A DNA stretch of 64,000 nt. It comes from Takakia lepidozioides (lineage: Eukaryota; Plantae; Bryophyta). Below, one piece after another: positions 49,648-62,346 of the stretch. The translations under genes were made by a program, and so were the position numbers. Where the stretch lies: NCBI GenBank assembly GCA_030704615.1, contig CM060731.1, forward strand, positions 31,806,001 through 31,870,000. The letters run 5' to 3'. The notes beneath the pieces were generated by a model. The model was not told the origin of the DNA and searched no databases. It saw only the letters and a list, made by a program, of their open reading frames with translations. How positions within the stretch are numbered: the first letter of the stretch is position 1; each line of letters begins with the position of its first letter.

Positions 49648-51958
49648 ATGCTGCAACAAAGTGGCGGTCTTTTGGTTTGGGGGGTTGTATTCCTGCTTTT
49701 CAGAATCACCCATGTGGCCACCGGACAGAAGCTTATGCCCGCCATGTTCATACTTGGTGATTCACTCGTCGACTCTGGCAACAATGACTACTTTCTCACT
49801 CTGGCTAAGTCCAACTTTCTTCCCAATGGCATAGATTTCGAGGGCGGGCGACCCACCGGCAGATTCTGCAATGGCCGCACAGTTGCGGATATACTTGGTA
49901 AGTTTGCAAGCAATTCATAAGACGGCAACCTGACCTTACTCATTTCTTGTTCAAATTCGGAGATGTTCATTAAAGTCTGACAAGACGGTCTTCTCAAGTT
50001 CTAACATAATCTGTTTGTTTCCTCCGGATCATGTCCCCATTCTTGGATCAAATGTTTTGCTAGTGCAGAGATACCTGGACACTGATAATTTAAAACTTGG
50101 GTACCAGAGTTTCAAGAGCTCTGTCAAACACGTGTAACTTACATGTTGAGTTCTCGATCTCAATTGCAGTTCAGAAATTGGGGCTTCAAACTTTTCCTCC
50201 ACCGTACTTGGCTCCCACAACACGAGGCTCTGTTATACTTCGAGGCGTCAACTACGCATCTGCTGCTGGTGGCATTCTTGACTCGACAGGCTACAATTAT
50301 GTAATTCAGACTCCAGCCCATTTCGCTAAGTACTATGCCGACGTACAATTATACATACATGTTCATTCCCTGATTGTGATCTTGTGTTTCTGCCATGGAT
50401 TGCCACCTGGGCACACATATTGGTTAGTTTGGTTGGTGTCATCAGTCCACGGAAAAGCTACTTTGTGCATACTTGTTGAAGGCTTAGGAGTCGTGCATGA
50501 TATGTGATCCATGGGTTCAGTTGTTTGAAGGTACGGGCTCTAAATATTTTTCACTGAAATGTTGTACTGTAGATTGGACGTAAGTCCCTGAACGCGCAGC
50601 TAAGTTATCTCTCAAATACAAGGTCACAATTTATCAACCAGGTTGGCCTCAACCAGACTAATCAAATTTTTACGAAGTCACTCTTCTATGTCACAATCGG
50701 AAGTAACGACTACATCAACAATTACCTGCTGACGGACTCTCCGACTTCACGACAGTACACCCCCCAACAATACCAGAACCTCCTGATCTCCACGCTTAAG
50801 CAGCAATTGACGGTAAGCATTAACGACCTCGTGCAACCTTACAAATGTTAGATCTATATCTCGGTTTCTCATATACGTACAGCAAGTAGATTTCACGTCT
50901 TAAGACCTATCAGTGACTAGTTACAGGCTAGTCAGGGCCGGGCACGTTGTTTTTGTCCAGAGCATGTTCAATCGGATCAGACGTGTACTGACTGAATTGA
51001 GCACTGCATTCATGAACATCAAGCACTTAGCCACTCTAAAATTATCAACCTCAAAGCATCACCTAGTCTTTGATCACAAGGACACTGGTGATTAAGGTCG
51101 ATCAACAGATTTTGGAGACCCAATCGAGCTTCGGCCTCTGATTACCCTCTACACATGTTGTTGGAATCTTATGCAGACATTGTACAACCTGGGGGCTCGA
51201 AAGATTTTCGTCTTTGGGGTGGGTCCTTTGGGCTGCATTCCCTCTCAATTGTACAGCCAAAAGAGCCCAAACGGGCAGTGCATCGGATTTGTCAACAGCT
51301 ATGTGCGGGGGTACAATGCGGCTCTTCAGTCCACACTGAAACAACTGTCTGCAACGCTTTCAGGCGCAACGTTTGTCTACGGCAATTCCTACGACCTTGT
51401 TTTCTCCTACATCAACAACCCTTCTTCCTTCGGTATGCTGCTGCACCTCCATCTTTTTGTACATTCGCAGATCAGTGATCCGTCCACGGCTCTACGTAGT
51501 AATTCACATTTGAAGTTCTATCCGCGCTGTGTTGGCCATACTCAACGGATTTCTTCCTGACCAGTATCGTATCCAAATTGTAATCTAGATGTTAAATCGG
51601 ACATCCCTATCACTCTCGTACTAATACAGACGATGCAGCTGACTTCAGAACTCTAAACCTGTACTGCAAGTTAGAACTCTCGCGTGATGATCAGTATCAC
51701 GACTTTGCGCTAACTTGGAAAAGTGTATGTGGTGCAGGCTTCTCCTTGGCGAACCGGGCATGTTGTGGAGGAGGACCTTACAAAGGGTTTCTTCCATGCC
51801 TTCCCACCGTGGCTCCCTGCACTGACCGAACAAATTACGTTTTCTGGGATCCATTCCACCCCACTGAGGCCACCAATTTACTGCTTGCAGGCTCCTTCTT
51901 TGCTGGGGGCATCCAAGATAGTGACCCCATCAACATCAAGCAGCTCGCTGCTCTATGA
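49648..51958 (+). CDS. GDSL esterase/lipase, 5 exons, about 365 aa
   Basis: Exons 49648-49897, 50170-50300, 50573-50812, 51177-51432 and 51738-51958 join in frame. Signal-peptide-like N-terminus, [28 protein letters not shown]. Confidence 0.95.
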
Positions 51959-52577
51959 GCGTACTGCCTTCCCCCCACCTTACCAGCACGGAGTTTGTTG
52001 CAACCGCAACCTAGACCTTTCAATATGATTTCAGCACTGCACCTCCGTGATAGAGGATTCGAATAAAAGACATTTCATTCTTTGGTTGAGCAAATCTCTC
52101 CCAAGTGGGAGTTCTCATATCTCATGTTCTCTGCTGAGTTCACTAAGACATTGGCTTGAGGACCACCTGTTTTCACATCAATTATACTTGTCTGGTGAAT
52201 GGCTTCTGCAAATCTTCCAACTTTTCTATCAATTCAATGGTTTAGAAGGAATTGTACCAGAACTGGTGGAAAACTGATACAAGTAAACAAACCGCGACAG
52301 GAAGACTTTGTGCCAACAGAATTGCATGAGCTACTGCTATTGCAGAATTTACGAGAAGAATGTAAGAGAATTTTGCAATGAGACTAGAGATTCCTTGCAC
52401 AGCACATTCACGAGGGCATAAATAGGTTCACTTAACTTTGAAATGTTCAGGAACAATTGCTGGAAATGACACATACAATTGATAAGCAACACATAATGGT
52501 AGTGAAACACATTGCGAGTTTCGTGTTCACTCAAACCATGTTGTCACTTTTTCAATTCACATGTCAAAGGGAAATTA

Positions 52578-55421
52578 CTATGACTTCATTAAAGGGCCAA
52601 GAAAGCTGAAGGCTCGCTCATAGACTGGCTTCTTAAATATCACCGCCTGCACACAGGAGAGAGAAATATGAACATAACCGCCGACATGAAGCAATTCTTA
52701 ACAAGAACTAGATTCATCTTCAACAATGTCAAGCCATGTAGTCTTTGACTCAATTATCTATGTCCAGCGCACATGATGATGAGATGGAACACGAATTCCA
52801 GAGTCCTTACTTGCAAATGCCACAAATACTTCCTTGATAAAGCAGCCATTGTGCTAGGTTAGCACAGCAGAGGCATCCTACGATCACTTTTGATGAACCT
52901 TTTTTGTCGGGTGATGCTCTGTTCTCTGTTTAGGGCCTTTGTGTGAAGTGAATCGTTGTCTCAATCTCCTTTTTATACAACAGTAAGAAGAACAGAATAA
53001 CAATGTCGGAGTAACTTTACACTTTCTGGCATGTAAATCTAGAAGCAGTGGAGGACAAGGGACAAAACTCACATTCGTTATTACATCTTCAACAGGCACC
53101 CATTTCCACTCTGAGAACTCAGGTGCTTCCATGCCATCGCCAGCCAAGTTGATCTCACTTTCATTCCCAGTGAATCTAAAGAGGAACCTTGAAACAAATT
53201 TGCCCAGTAATAAGCCCAAACACTTCACCTCAATTCATCAGCCCCATTCCAGGGGACAGAACTAGCTTGATTCATCCGACTTGCACAATAATATAAAAAC
53301 AGAACAACTTTGAATCAACTTCAAGCATTGGAAACCTGGACAGCTTCTGTCACTTCTAGCTGCAAAGTATGCAAAGGAAGTGGCCGCACTAAAGGGACTA
53401 TTGACATACCATTTTTGGGCTTGACCAGTCCATTCTCTGCCCCACAACACAGTGATCTTTGCCTTTACATCAGGTGGGAAGTCGTATGTCAACCACTCTG
53501 GGACCTGCAATGTCCCTTCAGTTATGGCCTGCTCTTAAGGACACCTGTATATGTACGCTTTCAAGGAGAGACGTTGAAAGGTCACGACAAGTCACAATCT
53601 GAGTACCTATCCGTTTGCAAGTATACCTAGCAAACATAAAGTGCTAAGTCTTGCAGCAGGAATCAGTGGTCTGTCTGATCAAACTTGCAAATGGTGTTCA
53701 CACCTTCTCCAGGTGCTACAAAGTTCAGATGGTGGCCCCCCAAAGATGCCCTTTATCAGCATTACTCACCTGCTACATGAAACATCACTGCCAAAAATAG
53801 GTGTTTAACCCTAGCACCCACACATGAACAAAATACACCATATGTGACTGTTTACAGACTAAGCCGATATCTCCCGTACCTCTCCAAGGAATGCAGCAGA
53901 GGTGACACCTGTCTCCTCCCTCAGTTCTCTGAATGCTGCAGCTTGAGGATCTTCTCCTTCCTCCACACCTCCCTACACTACCCCACTCCCAACCAGTTCT
54001 CACCCTTTACATCATTGTCTCTCCACCTTGTCCCACACCAAATCTACAAAGCTGTTAAAATGACATTCTTGCATGATAAGCTGCTGATATCTGAACCCCC
54101 AGATTTATGTACGTTCGGCTGCTCCAAAAAAGTGTGTCACCTCGCTCTACGTTGTAGAGGCTCTAACTACCCTTGTTGACTCTGGCAATCTCAAGGCACA
54201 CACCAAATCCCCAGAAACCAAGGGAATGTACTCGAGCAAATAGCAGAAAATCAAGCACAGGTAGGATACAATACCTGAGGCATTTGCCAAGCTCCAGGAG
54301 CATCCAACCGTGAAGCCACAAAAACCTGTCAGTGAAAAGGGTTTTTGCATTTACAAGCAAACAAAGTCACTCCGTTTGAGAGACCAAGTAGGCAGAATTG
54401 GAGTAAGGAAGACAAAATTCCATTGCATTTTACAAGAGACTCAGAAGAGCATCTAGAGATCTCCTCCCTCAAATTTTGGTAAAAACAATTGTTGAGAAGC
54501 TCCGTAAAATTTGACTAGCGAAATGTAAGGCACCTCAATTGTAGTATCAGAGAAAAAGGGTCACATTGTAGAAAGAATGTGGAGGACAGACTTGACATCT
54601 TGTTCCCCGCGAAGTGGCAGAGTTCCGGGGGTAGGCTTCGGAACGCAGAGCAACAAAGTTGCGAAAACTCTGCATTTTCATTCTTCAGAGTAGGATATGA
54701 CATCGAACTCCTTGGCTGTCGTTCGTGCGATGTACAAGGCAGTTTCAATGTATACGTCTTCTAATCCGCTACCACAGCGGAGACGGTAATTTATTCGAAG
54801 CAATGCTCCTCCATAAATGGGTAAGTAGGTCGACTGAGGCGTGCATGCCCACACCTACTTCGCACATCCTTCGGAAAGGACAAGTGCCATAAGAAACACC
54901 TCAAGGACCAATTTCATTTGACACCGTAGGTAGAAGTGCTGTCGACACAGCTGATTTTGATACTGTCTAGCACCTGCCAGACTTTCCACAATAAATTCAA
55001 ATTGGATTCACGAAAATGGGGCATCAAAATAGGTTACCCGGAATAGGTCACCTCTCTACCATACCTCATTCTTCTCGTTGACGAGACAGATCCCGACATT
55101 GGCGCGGTAATTTGGTGGAGGCCCGTTGGGAGCTGCAGCCATGGAGGACGCGAAGAATTCCCGATGTACCGTCCCCCTGAGATGTTGACAACTCCTGAAA
55201 CTAGGACTTGCAAGCCTCTTGCTCCAGACACCACCACCTCCCCCCAACCGCAAGATCAACGCAGCGTCTCTCGCAGGATATGTGGAGAAAAGGCGCCGCT
55301 GTGAAGGGAAAAATTCCAATCTGTGTGAGAAGAGTGCTGGCCTCACAGGCGGGATTAGAGAGACAGAGAGAGAGGGCAGAGCGTCCACGAACAGCATCTG
55401 CGCCGCTACTCTCACAACCAT
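52578..55421 (-). CDS. NUDX25: Nudix hydrolase, NUDX25/26-like (Ap4A/RppH-type), 6 exons, about 259 aa
   Basis: Exons 55065-55421, 54275-54325, 53880-53972, 53410-53504, 53073-53187 and 52578-52646. YRANVG, AWQMPQGG, Nudix box GVEEGEDPQAAAFRELREETG, WLTYDFPP, GQAQKWF. Confidence 0.93.
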
Positions 55422-56479
55422 GGCTCCCCCGCTCGCACCTGGGCCACCTTTACTGGCTCCTTGAACCCCTGTGAGATCTTGAACACACGTTAACTAACAG
55501 AAACGAACCTGCTTTCATGGAGCTTAACGAAAACTTGATGCATTACCTTACCGGAAAGTCTAACCCATGGTTGGGTGGTGGTAGGCGCACCTAAATTTAG
55601 CCCCATTCACATATAAGGTATGGTGTTATTAAACAGAAATGCCGAGGTGGCTGCCGCGCTGGCAGGGGGTGTTAGCATAGAGTTAAAGGGGTGTTCTTTT
55701 GTTGTGACCGGACTGGCGCGCTATCATCAAAATAGCGTGGCCGCCGAATTCGGATGCCCCAGCAGCACCTGCAAGCACTTCAAAATAATGAACCTCACCA
55801 AATTTCGTCCCAACTCCCCTGCTATCTTGGGGCGGTTTGGTGTATGGCATTCTCCCCCGCTAGCTACCACTCAACCTCACATGTGATGACTCGTAGCGGG
55901 CAGATGGCGGGGCCACTCTCACCTTAGGGTGGCGCCATTACTCCCCTATCTTTACGATGGGTTGCTGCTGGGGCTCTTGCCAGCCCGCGCCATCTAGCTT
56001 GCCTGCCTCACCATACGCCTCCTTAACATAGTGATGGCGGGGCAGTTTAGTGAGCCTCTACTGGGCATGCTCTTAGTTACTACTCGAAGATTCCCCATTA
56101 AAAAAACATATATGTAACAAGCCCAAAATAGGGCCTATAACTCACTGCTACGAAACCCCGATCTCTGCCCATCGTCACCCTCATTCTTCCCGGCCTCTCC
56201 CGCGGTCTGTCTGTCTGCACAACACAATTGACAGGTCCGGCCAATATGCAATTGCTGGATTTCTACTCTTCACTACTACTATGTTGTTTGCTGCACACTA
56301 TGGACGGAATTTTGAACATTGAGCGGTCGCGTCGCAGAATGTAAGTCGCCAGTTCCAATTTCGAGTTCAAAATTCTGCATATTCATCTTTACTTCGCACT
56401 TCATCTATACGTTCTACAACTTGTCAGCAATGAAACTTCAACGTATTTCTTAATCAGTATATTTTCTTCATTTTTTGGA

Positions 56480-57330
56480 ATAAATGCAAATCCAGTAGTT
56501 GATTTATGTCCACCAATATCTCTTGAAGATATCGAAATGTTGTAAAAAAGATTTTTTAATATCTTCAAGGTTCATATGCTCAAGGTATTATTTATTCCCC
56601 TAATCATTCTAGTCCTACGATTTTGTGATGGTAATTGGGCAAGAGACATTGATGGACGTAAATCAACTACTGGAATTGCATTTATACTTCTGTTCGAGTA
56701 GTAAACGTCAAAGTACAGTTGCTTTATCTAGTACTAAAGCAGAATATAAGGAAGCTGCCGAAGCTTAAAAAGAGGCAGTATGGTTAAGACAATTATTACA
56801 AGATATTGAACATTCTCAATCCTTTGCTACATTCACTTTATTACATTATCAAGTTTTTCATGCCTATATTTGGAAATGTTTTCTGTATTTCAGACCAATT
56901 TTTGTTGGATGTACTACATTGTGTAGCATAACCTAGACACGAATTTTTAACACTATCAACAATTAGCATTTGTGCACTTATATATCGATCATACCAATCT
57001 GAGATAAAGCCTTGTCCAGTTAGAGAGGGATTTGTTACTATATCCACGGGAGATGTAGTACTGGTGTCTCAAAAAGATAAGAAATTTTTATTTTCCATGT
57101 GAAGAAATTAGGTCCATCTAATTTCTCGATGTTCTTGGTTTGATCTGACATTGCTAAGATATTGCAATATTAATCTATGCCAATAGAATCTTAGACTTGT
57201 GAAAATCTGCTTTATTCATTTTATACTCATTGATTTTCTGGGCTCTCTACAAAAGGAGACCCATTTTCAACGCGATGAAGAAAATCTATGTGTAAGTCCT
57301 AATCTAGCTATGATACCATGTTAGAATTAT
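56480..57330. mobile_element. Scrambled Copia remnants (RT/RNase H pieces in both orientations, gag piece, Met-tRNA PBS)
   Basis: DGRKSTTG..STKAEY..EAVWLRQLL on +; inverted 45-bp copy at 56481-56525; gctatgatacca at 57307-57318 reads TGGTATCATAGC on -. Confidence 0.7.
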
Positions 57331-57410
57331 TAGATACACATATTAATATAAACATAATACTTCATAGTATGAGCTCGTCACCCAACCGCAGAAGACACTC
57401 TAAAAATGAA

Positions 57411-57648
57411 CCAATAGTCAGTAACTTAGTTGGCAAAGTGCACTGAGTGCCATCCGGATGACCCTGCGGTCAAATCCTGCTACTTGATGGGTGTGGTACG
57501 CTCTTCTCCTCCTTCCCTGCCCGGTGTCGCATCGGAAAGCCTTACGGCGAGGTTATTGAGAGGTTATTTTCTCCTCTCTCTATCAAGGGGCCTGATTTGT
57601 GAGCTGTCGCTCCCATGTGTTTTTCCTTAAAAAAATAAATAAAAAAAT
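57411..57648 (+). mobile_element. tRNA-derived SINE with A-rich tail
   Basis: gtaacttagttggc (A box), ggtcaaatcc (B box), tgcca anticodon-like loop, A-rich tail, possible TSD aaaaatgaa. Confidence 0.72.
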
Positions 57649-57954
57649 GAATGATTCATCTTACATGAAGGTCTTGCTACCGACTCCCTAATGTACTAGA
57701 TGAACTCATCCTCTAACAACGGCTACCTGGTGTGATCAGTGGGATGATGTTATTTGAACTTGGATGAACCATAACAAGTTGTGGAGAAGTTTCCATAAGA
57801 GAAGGCTCAACGTTTATATCTAGCAATCATCAGTAGGTGTGAATAAACGAATGATATCTGGAGTGACGTGTTAGCTATCAAATGGAAGTTAAATTGGGTG
57901 TTCATTTAAGTCTTTAAAAGCCCCTATCACGAGAGGGGGGTGCTTAGTAATCTA

Positions 57955-58250
57955 CCGTGCTTGCCTACGCTGTCCGATGAAAGTTAAATGCAGAAATAGA
58001 CTGCCCAAAAAATTTAGAATGAAGCCCTCCTAGGAACGAATGTCAGAAATTCAACCCGAAGACCTGTCCTTCTGAATTTATTTGAATACCGTTGCATTAG
58101 CCGCACACATATGTGATATAAGTGTTTTTTTAATTATTTATCATGAAAATTTCTGGAACTACAAAAATTTAAAAAAAAGCCTGCCGGACACCTTCTTTAA
58201 GAAGAATTATTAGTCCGGCGGGTCCTGACGAATAGCATAGGCAAGTACAA
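57955..58250. mobile_element. MITE with degenerate TIRs and TA flanks
   Basis: ta|ccgtgcttgcctacgctgtccg versus the reverse complement of cgaatagcataggcaagtacaa|ta. Confidence 0.65.
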
Positions 58251-58406
58251 TAGTGCTCTAGATACTTATTGAGCTAGTATATAATTTTCTTATGGTACAT
58301 GTCCCATATTTTTGCATTTTAGGGCCTTGGGTGGAGATTAGTTAGTAGTCGGTAGTAAGTTGAAGTGGGAGAGGCCTTGACCCTCCCTTATAGGTATACC
58401 CTCTCA

Positions 58407-58521
58407 GGGCGGCCGGGCTAGCTGGTTCGCGCCCGGTGTGCACATTCCCACAATGGGCGCCTGGACGGGGCCGGACAGACGTCTTCATCCCATCGCCCTC
58501 CTGCTTCGCTCTACTGCACCC
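58407..58521 (+). ncRNA. Candidate degenerate HDV-like self-cleaving ribozyme
   Basis: Hand-folded nested double pseudoknot with P1, P2, P3, P1.1 and P4 in the canonical order; L3 and J4/2 deviate from consensus. Confidence 0.4.
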
Positions 58522-59462
58522 TTTCCTGCATCCCTATTGGTTGCTCCAATACTTCTGACCTTCAAATTTTTCACCAACCTATGTGCATTTTGCTAATGCG
58601 CCCGGACTGTTCCTTGGTTTAACTTGCAGCCGAAATTTTCATTTATACCACTGGCTTTTGAACAATTCAATGGTGCCTGACCACTCAAGGCGCCCATCCT
58701 AATCATCATTATTGGAAATTCCTTCCTACCCTTGGGAATGTTGTGGAGAATGTTGCAATCTTTTATATGTTCCAATTTCTTTGGCTCAAACAATTATCCC
58801 ATATCGTTTGCGCAGATTGATGCTGCTCACGGTAGTATATGAAGACCCCATGGAGTCTAACACCGTCTCATGAGTACATTTATACTATGTCTGTAGTGAG
58901 CTTTAGGTTGCCTCCTGTTCCCTCCAGTTCCTTGAGCGAGCTTTCATGGAGATGCACGAGTATGAATGATGTAGTCTCGGATAATTATGTTGCAACAGCG
59001 ACAAGAATGGCCTGGACGTGGTGTTGGGAGTGAAGCAATACGTTGGGCATGAGTGGGAATGGTGATACACAATGAGAATCAGAGCATCTGAAGGCTAGGG
59101 ATCGATTTGGCCCAACCGTTGGTTCTATTGCAGACAGTGGAGTCCACGGCGTCCCAGAAAATTTAAAGCTTGAATCAGAGATATGTTTCTCCTAAAACGG
59201 TTTCGAAAGGCTTTGAACGAGCTTTGAATGTGAACTCGCGTGCTATGCAATCGCTGTCCAGAGAATTCAACCCAGGTAGCAAACTCGAGCTCTGAAAACA
59301 AGGAAACCGGCCAAAGGGACAATTCGATACGACAGTTGATAGAAATTTGAACATCAATTTAAGCTGGCCAGGTACAGGACGCAAAAAATATCACAACCCT
59401 GAAACAGGACCAATCTGGCATGATCTTGAACTAGCTCCATGCATGAATTCCTAGCTGCATGA

Positions 59463-62346
59463 TTATAGAGCAGCGAGCTGCTGGACATTGACAGGTTCAA
59501 CGTCGTTGCCACCTCCACTGAAGAAGAGGTTTGCCAGCAAATTGTTAGTCGTTTGAGTGGGGTGGAAGGGATCCCAAAAGACGTAGAGAGGTCTGTCTGG
59601 GCACGGAACTATACCAATAATGCATGGAAGCAACCCTTTGTATGGTCCTCCAGCCCCACAACACGCCACGTTCGATATGGTGAAGCCTGCAGACACCATT
59701 GCACAATGTTTAACACTTTGTTATACATAATGGATGCGCAGCTCTGATCACAGGTCAATCATCCTAGGTATTTACTTTTTATCTCTAGATCCTCCACATA
59801 AGATGCAGCGAGAAGTATTCTACAGCTCAGAGAGATATATATATATACAAAGGGACGAAGGGACGACATGTAAATTTAAGCGTTCATGCATGCGAGGGTG
59901 GCGACAGTTAGTAAGATCACATCAGTGGACATGATAGAACAAATCGTTCGAACCACAGATACATTGTTGTAACATATGAGCGAGGAGATGATAACGTGGT
60001 GGTGGAGGACGCACCGAAAGCACCAGGATTGAGGACGTAGCTTAAAACATTGTCATAGGCGTTGGCGTAGGCATAAGTCGCCCCTGGAAGTGTTCCGGTG
60101 AGTTGTGCAAGCAAGGGCTTAAGAGCAGCGTTGAACCCCCTCACGTAGCTGTTGACAAATTCGATGCACCGTCCATCTGGGCTCCTCTGAGAGGTCAACT
60201 GAGATGGGATGCATCCTAAAGGCCCCACATTCAAGACGAGAAACTTTCGAGCCCCCAGGTTGTACAATGTCTGCGCAATCGATACATCGATAAACAGATT
60301 AGTACTTGATAGTCGGACTACAATTACTTATTTCATCACTTAGTTATGGGAACTCACTTCAATCCAGGGTCTGAACAATGCACAAAACTTTCAAGTGTTC
60401 TAGATGTCCAGTCCTCAGATCGTTCCGCCACCCTGCCATTGATGATCTTTAAGATTTTCTTTTCGACACGTGGGCATGTTGTCTAAGGCCTGACAATAAG
60501 AAAGAAGGTCTTCACGATTGCCGTCCGCAAAGGGACAGCTGAGTCCGAAATCGTCGTTTGAACCTTATACGATCGATCGAAAAATCCTTGATGTGGGAAT
60601 GACTAACTCTAGGAATCATATCGCTCACCCTTAATTGGGTTGAAAAGGTATTGATCAACAAATCCTGGAACTGTGCGGGAGTGAACTGTCGTGGTGTCGG
60701 CGAGCCCGTGACAAGGTAGTTATTGATGTAGTCGTTGCTTCCAATCACAATATAAAACAATGCTTTCGCCAAGAGTCCTTCAGTTTGAGGTTCTCCGATC
60801 AGCTCGACAATCTGGTTCCTTGTATTTTGAAAGTATTGCAGCTGCGTGTTGAAGGATAGACGCCCAATCTGCAGTCACAAAATATATACATTTTTAGCAA
60901 ATTTTGTACAGGTCTGTGAAATTAGCGTCTGCTAAATGTGGTTTAACATTTGCCCATAAACAAGTCAGAAATACCTGCTGATTCAAAAAATCAGTGTCCA
61001 GAAAGGGTCTTCAGGATGCGATCTGAAGTCTGCTATGTCACAAGGCGGGTATCTAAACACCACTCTCTCTAGAAGTAGATCTAGAGTTAATTCTATCGAT
61101 AGGTGAACGGCCTGTATTCTGGCACGACATATGCATATTTGACTAGAAAGCCCTGGAATCATTGTTCACAACTTTAAGCCGCAGCAGTCCCATGGTTTGC
61201 TAGTCTTGTGCAAGCAGCCCTTGCCGATTCAACTTGTTTGTTGGAAAACTCAAATGAATTTAGAGACGACCGGTGACCTTTTCTTGTCAGGACGGCATAA
61301 CTAAGACTTAATTCGTACGACGTATCATTTTCAGATCATGGGATTCCAGGATTCTAGTGCACAAGTCGGGATGACTTACATAGTCGTATCCGGTAAAGTC
61401 GAGGATGCCACCAGCAGCAGACGCATAGCTGACACCTTGGAGAATAATAGGCCCTCTTGTTGTGGGCGCCAGGTACGGCGGAGGAGATGGGAGACCCAAC
61501 TTTTGGGCTGCCAACAATAACATTAACAGATCCAGACCCTTTTTCAAAAGGTCTAGCTGCATAGAATCCTTAACCGACGCTTGGACACAGTGCTACAATC
61601 GACTCTTCATCACAACTTTGACCGTGCGAAATGGAGTACTAGAGCGTGGCCAATATCCCCAAATCCTAGAGTTTGACTGTACATTATGCCTGTGACTAGG
61701 CGGAGAATTCATGCATTGAAATTGTCTTCAAACTACTCTCTAGAGTTTTGAATCTCTTGAACAAACGATATCAGCTTTTGGTTTTGAAAGCTTGAGTTGC
61801 ACTGTTCTGTATGATGTCCATGATCCAGCTTGTGATTCACAAGCACAAGCCAACAAGTGGTGGGACTCTCACGCAGGAGTGTTGCCGTCAACTGTGGGAG
61901 CTGGACAATTTCGATAGTCTGCAGAGTTTTCTCGGTGTTCATCTCGACTTGCCCATCTCAGCTACCTACCTTCAACAAGTTCATATATTTACAAAGCGCG
62001 AACACTGCAGAGTCCATGATCCAGCACTGGTCTTGAAGATTTCAAAGATTATATACTGAGATCTATCTCTGACATGAGGGATTGCAAACCCACCTATTAG
62101 GTCCAGAACTGTGAAGCCGTTGCAGAACCTTCCAGTTGGTACTTCACCCGGATAATCGATGCCATTGGGAGGGAAGTTTGACTTGGCAAGAGTGAGGATG
62201 TAGTTGTTGTTACCAGGATCAACGAGTGAGTCACCAAGAACAAATACAGCCGGCATAGTCTGTCCCTCCGCTACGTTGCTGCTAATCAAAAGCACCAATA
62301 GTACCGTGGCGCAAACCACAAAGTGGTGCTCTCGTTGCATCAGCAT
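59463..62346 (-). CDS. GDSL esterase/lipase paralogue, 5 exons, about 366 aa
   Basis: Exons 62094-62346, 61380-61507, 60629-60868, 60015-60270 and 59463-59686 join in frame. GDSLVDPGNN, GSNDY, FWDPFHP. Confidence 0.95.

Noticed and set aside
55590-56135. Possible TIR element upstream of the Nudix gene
   Set aside because: Terminal similarity is too weak and there is no clear TSD.
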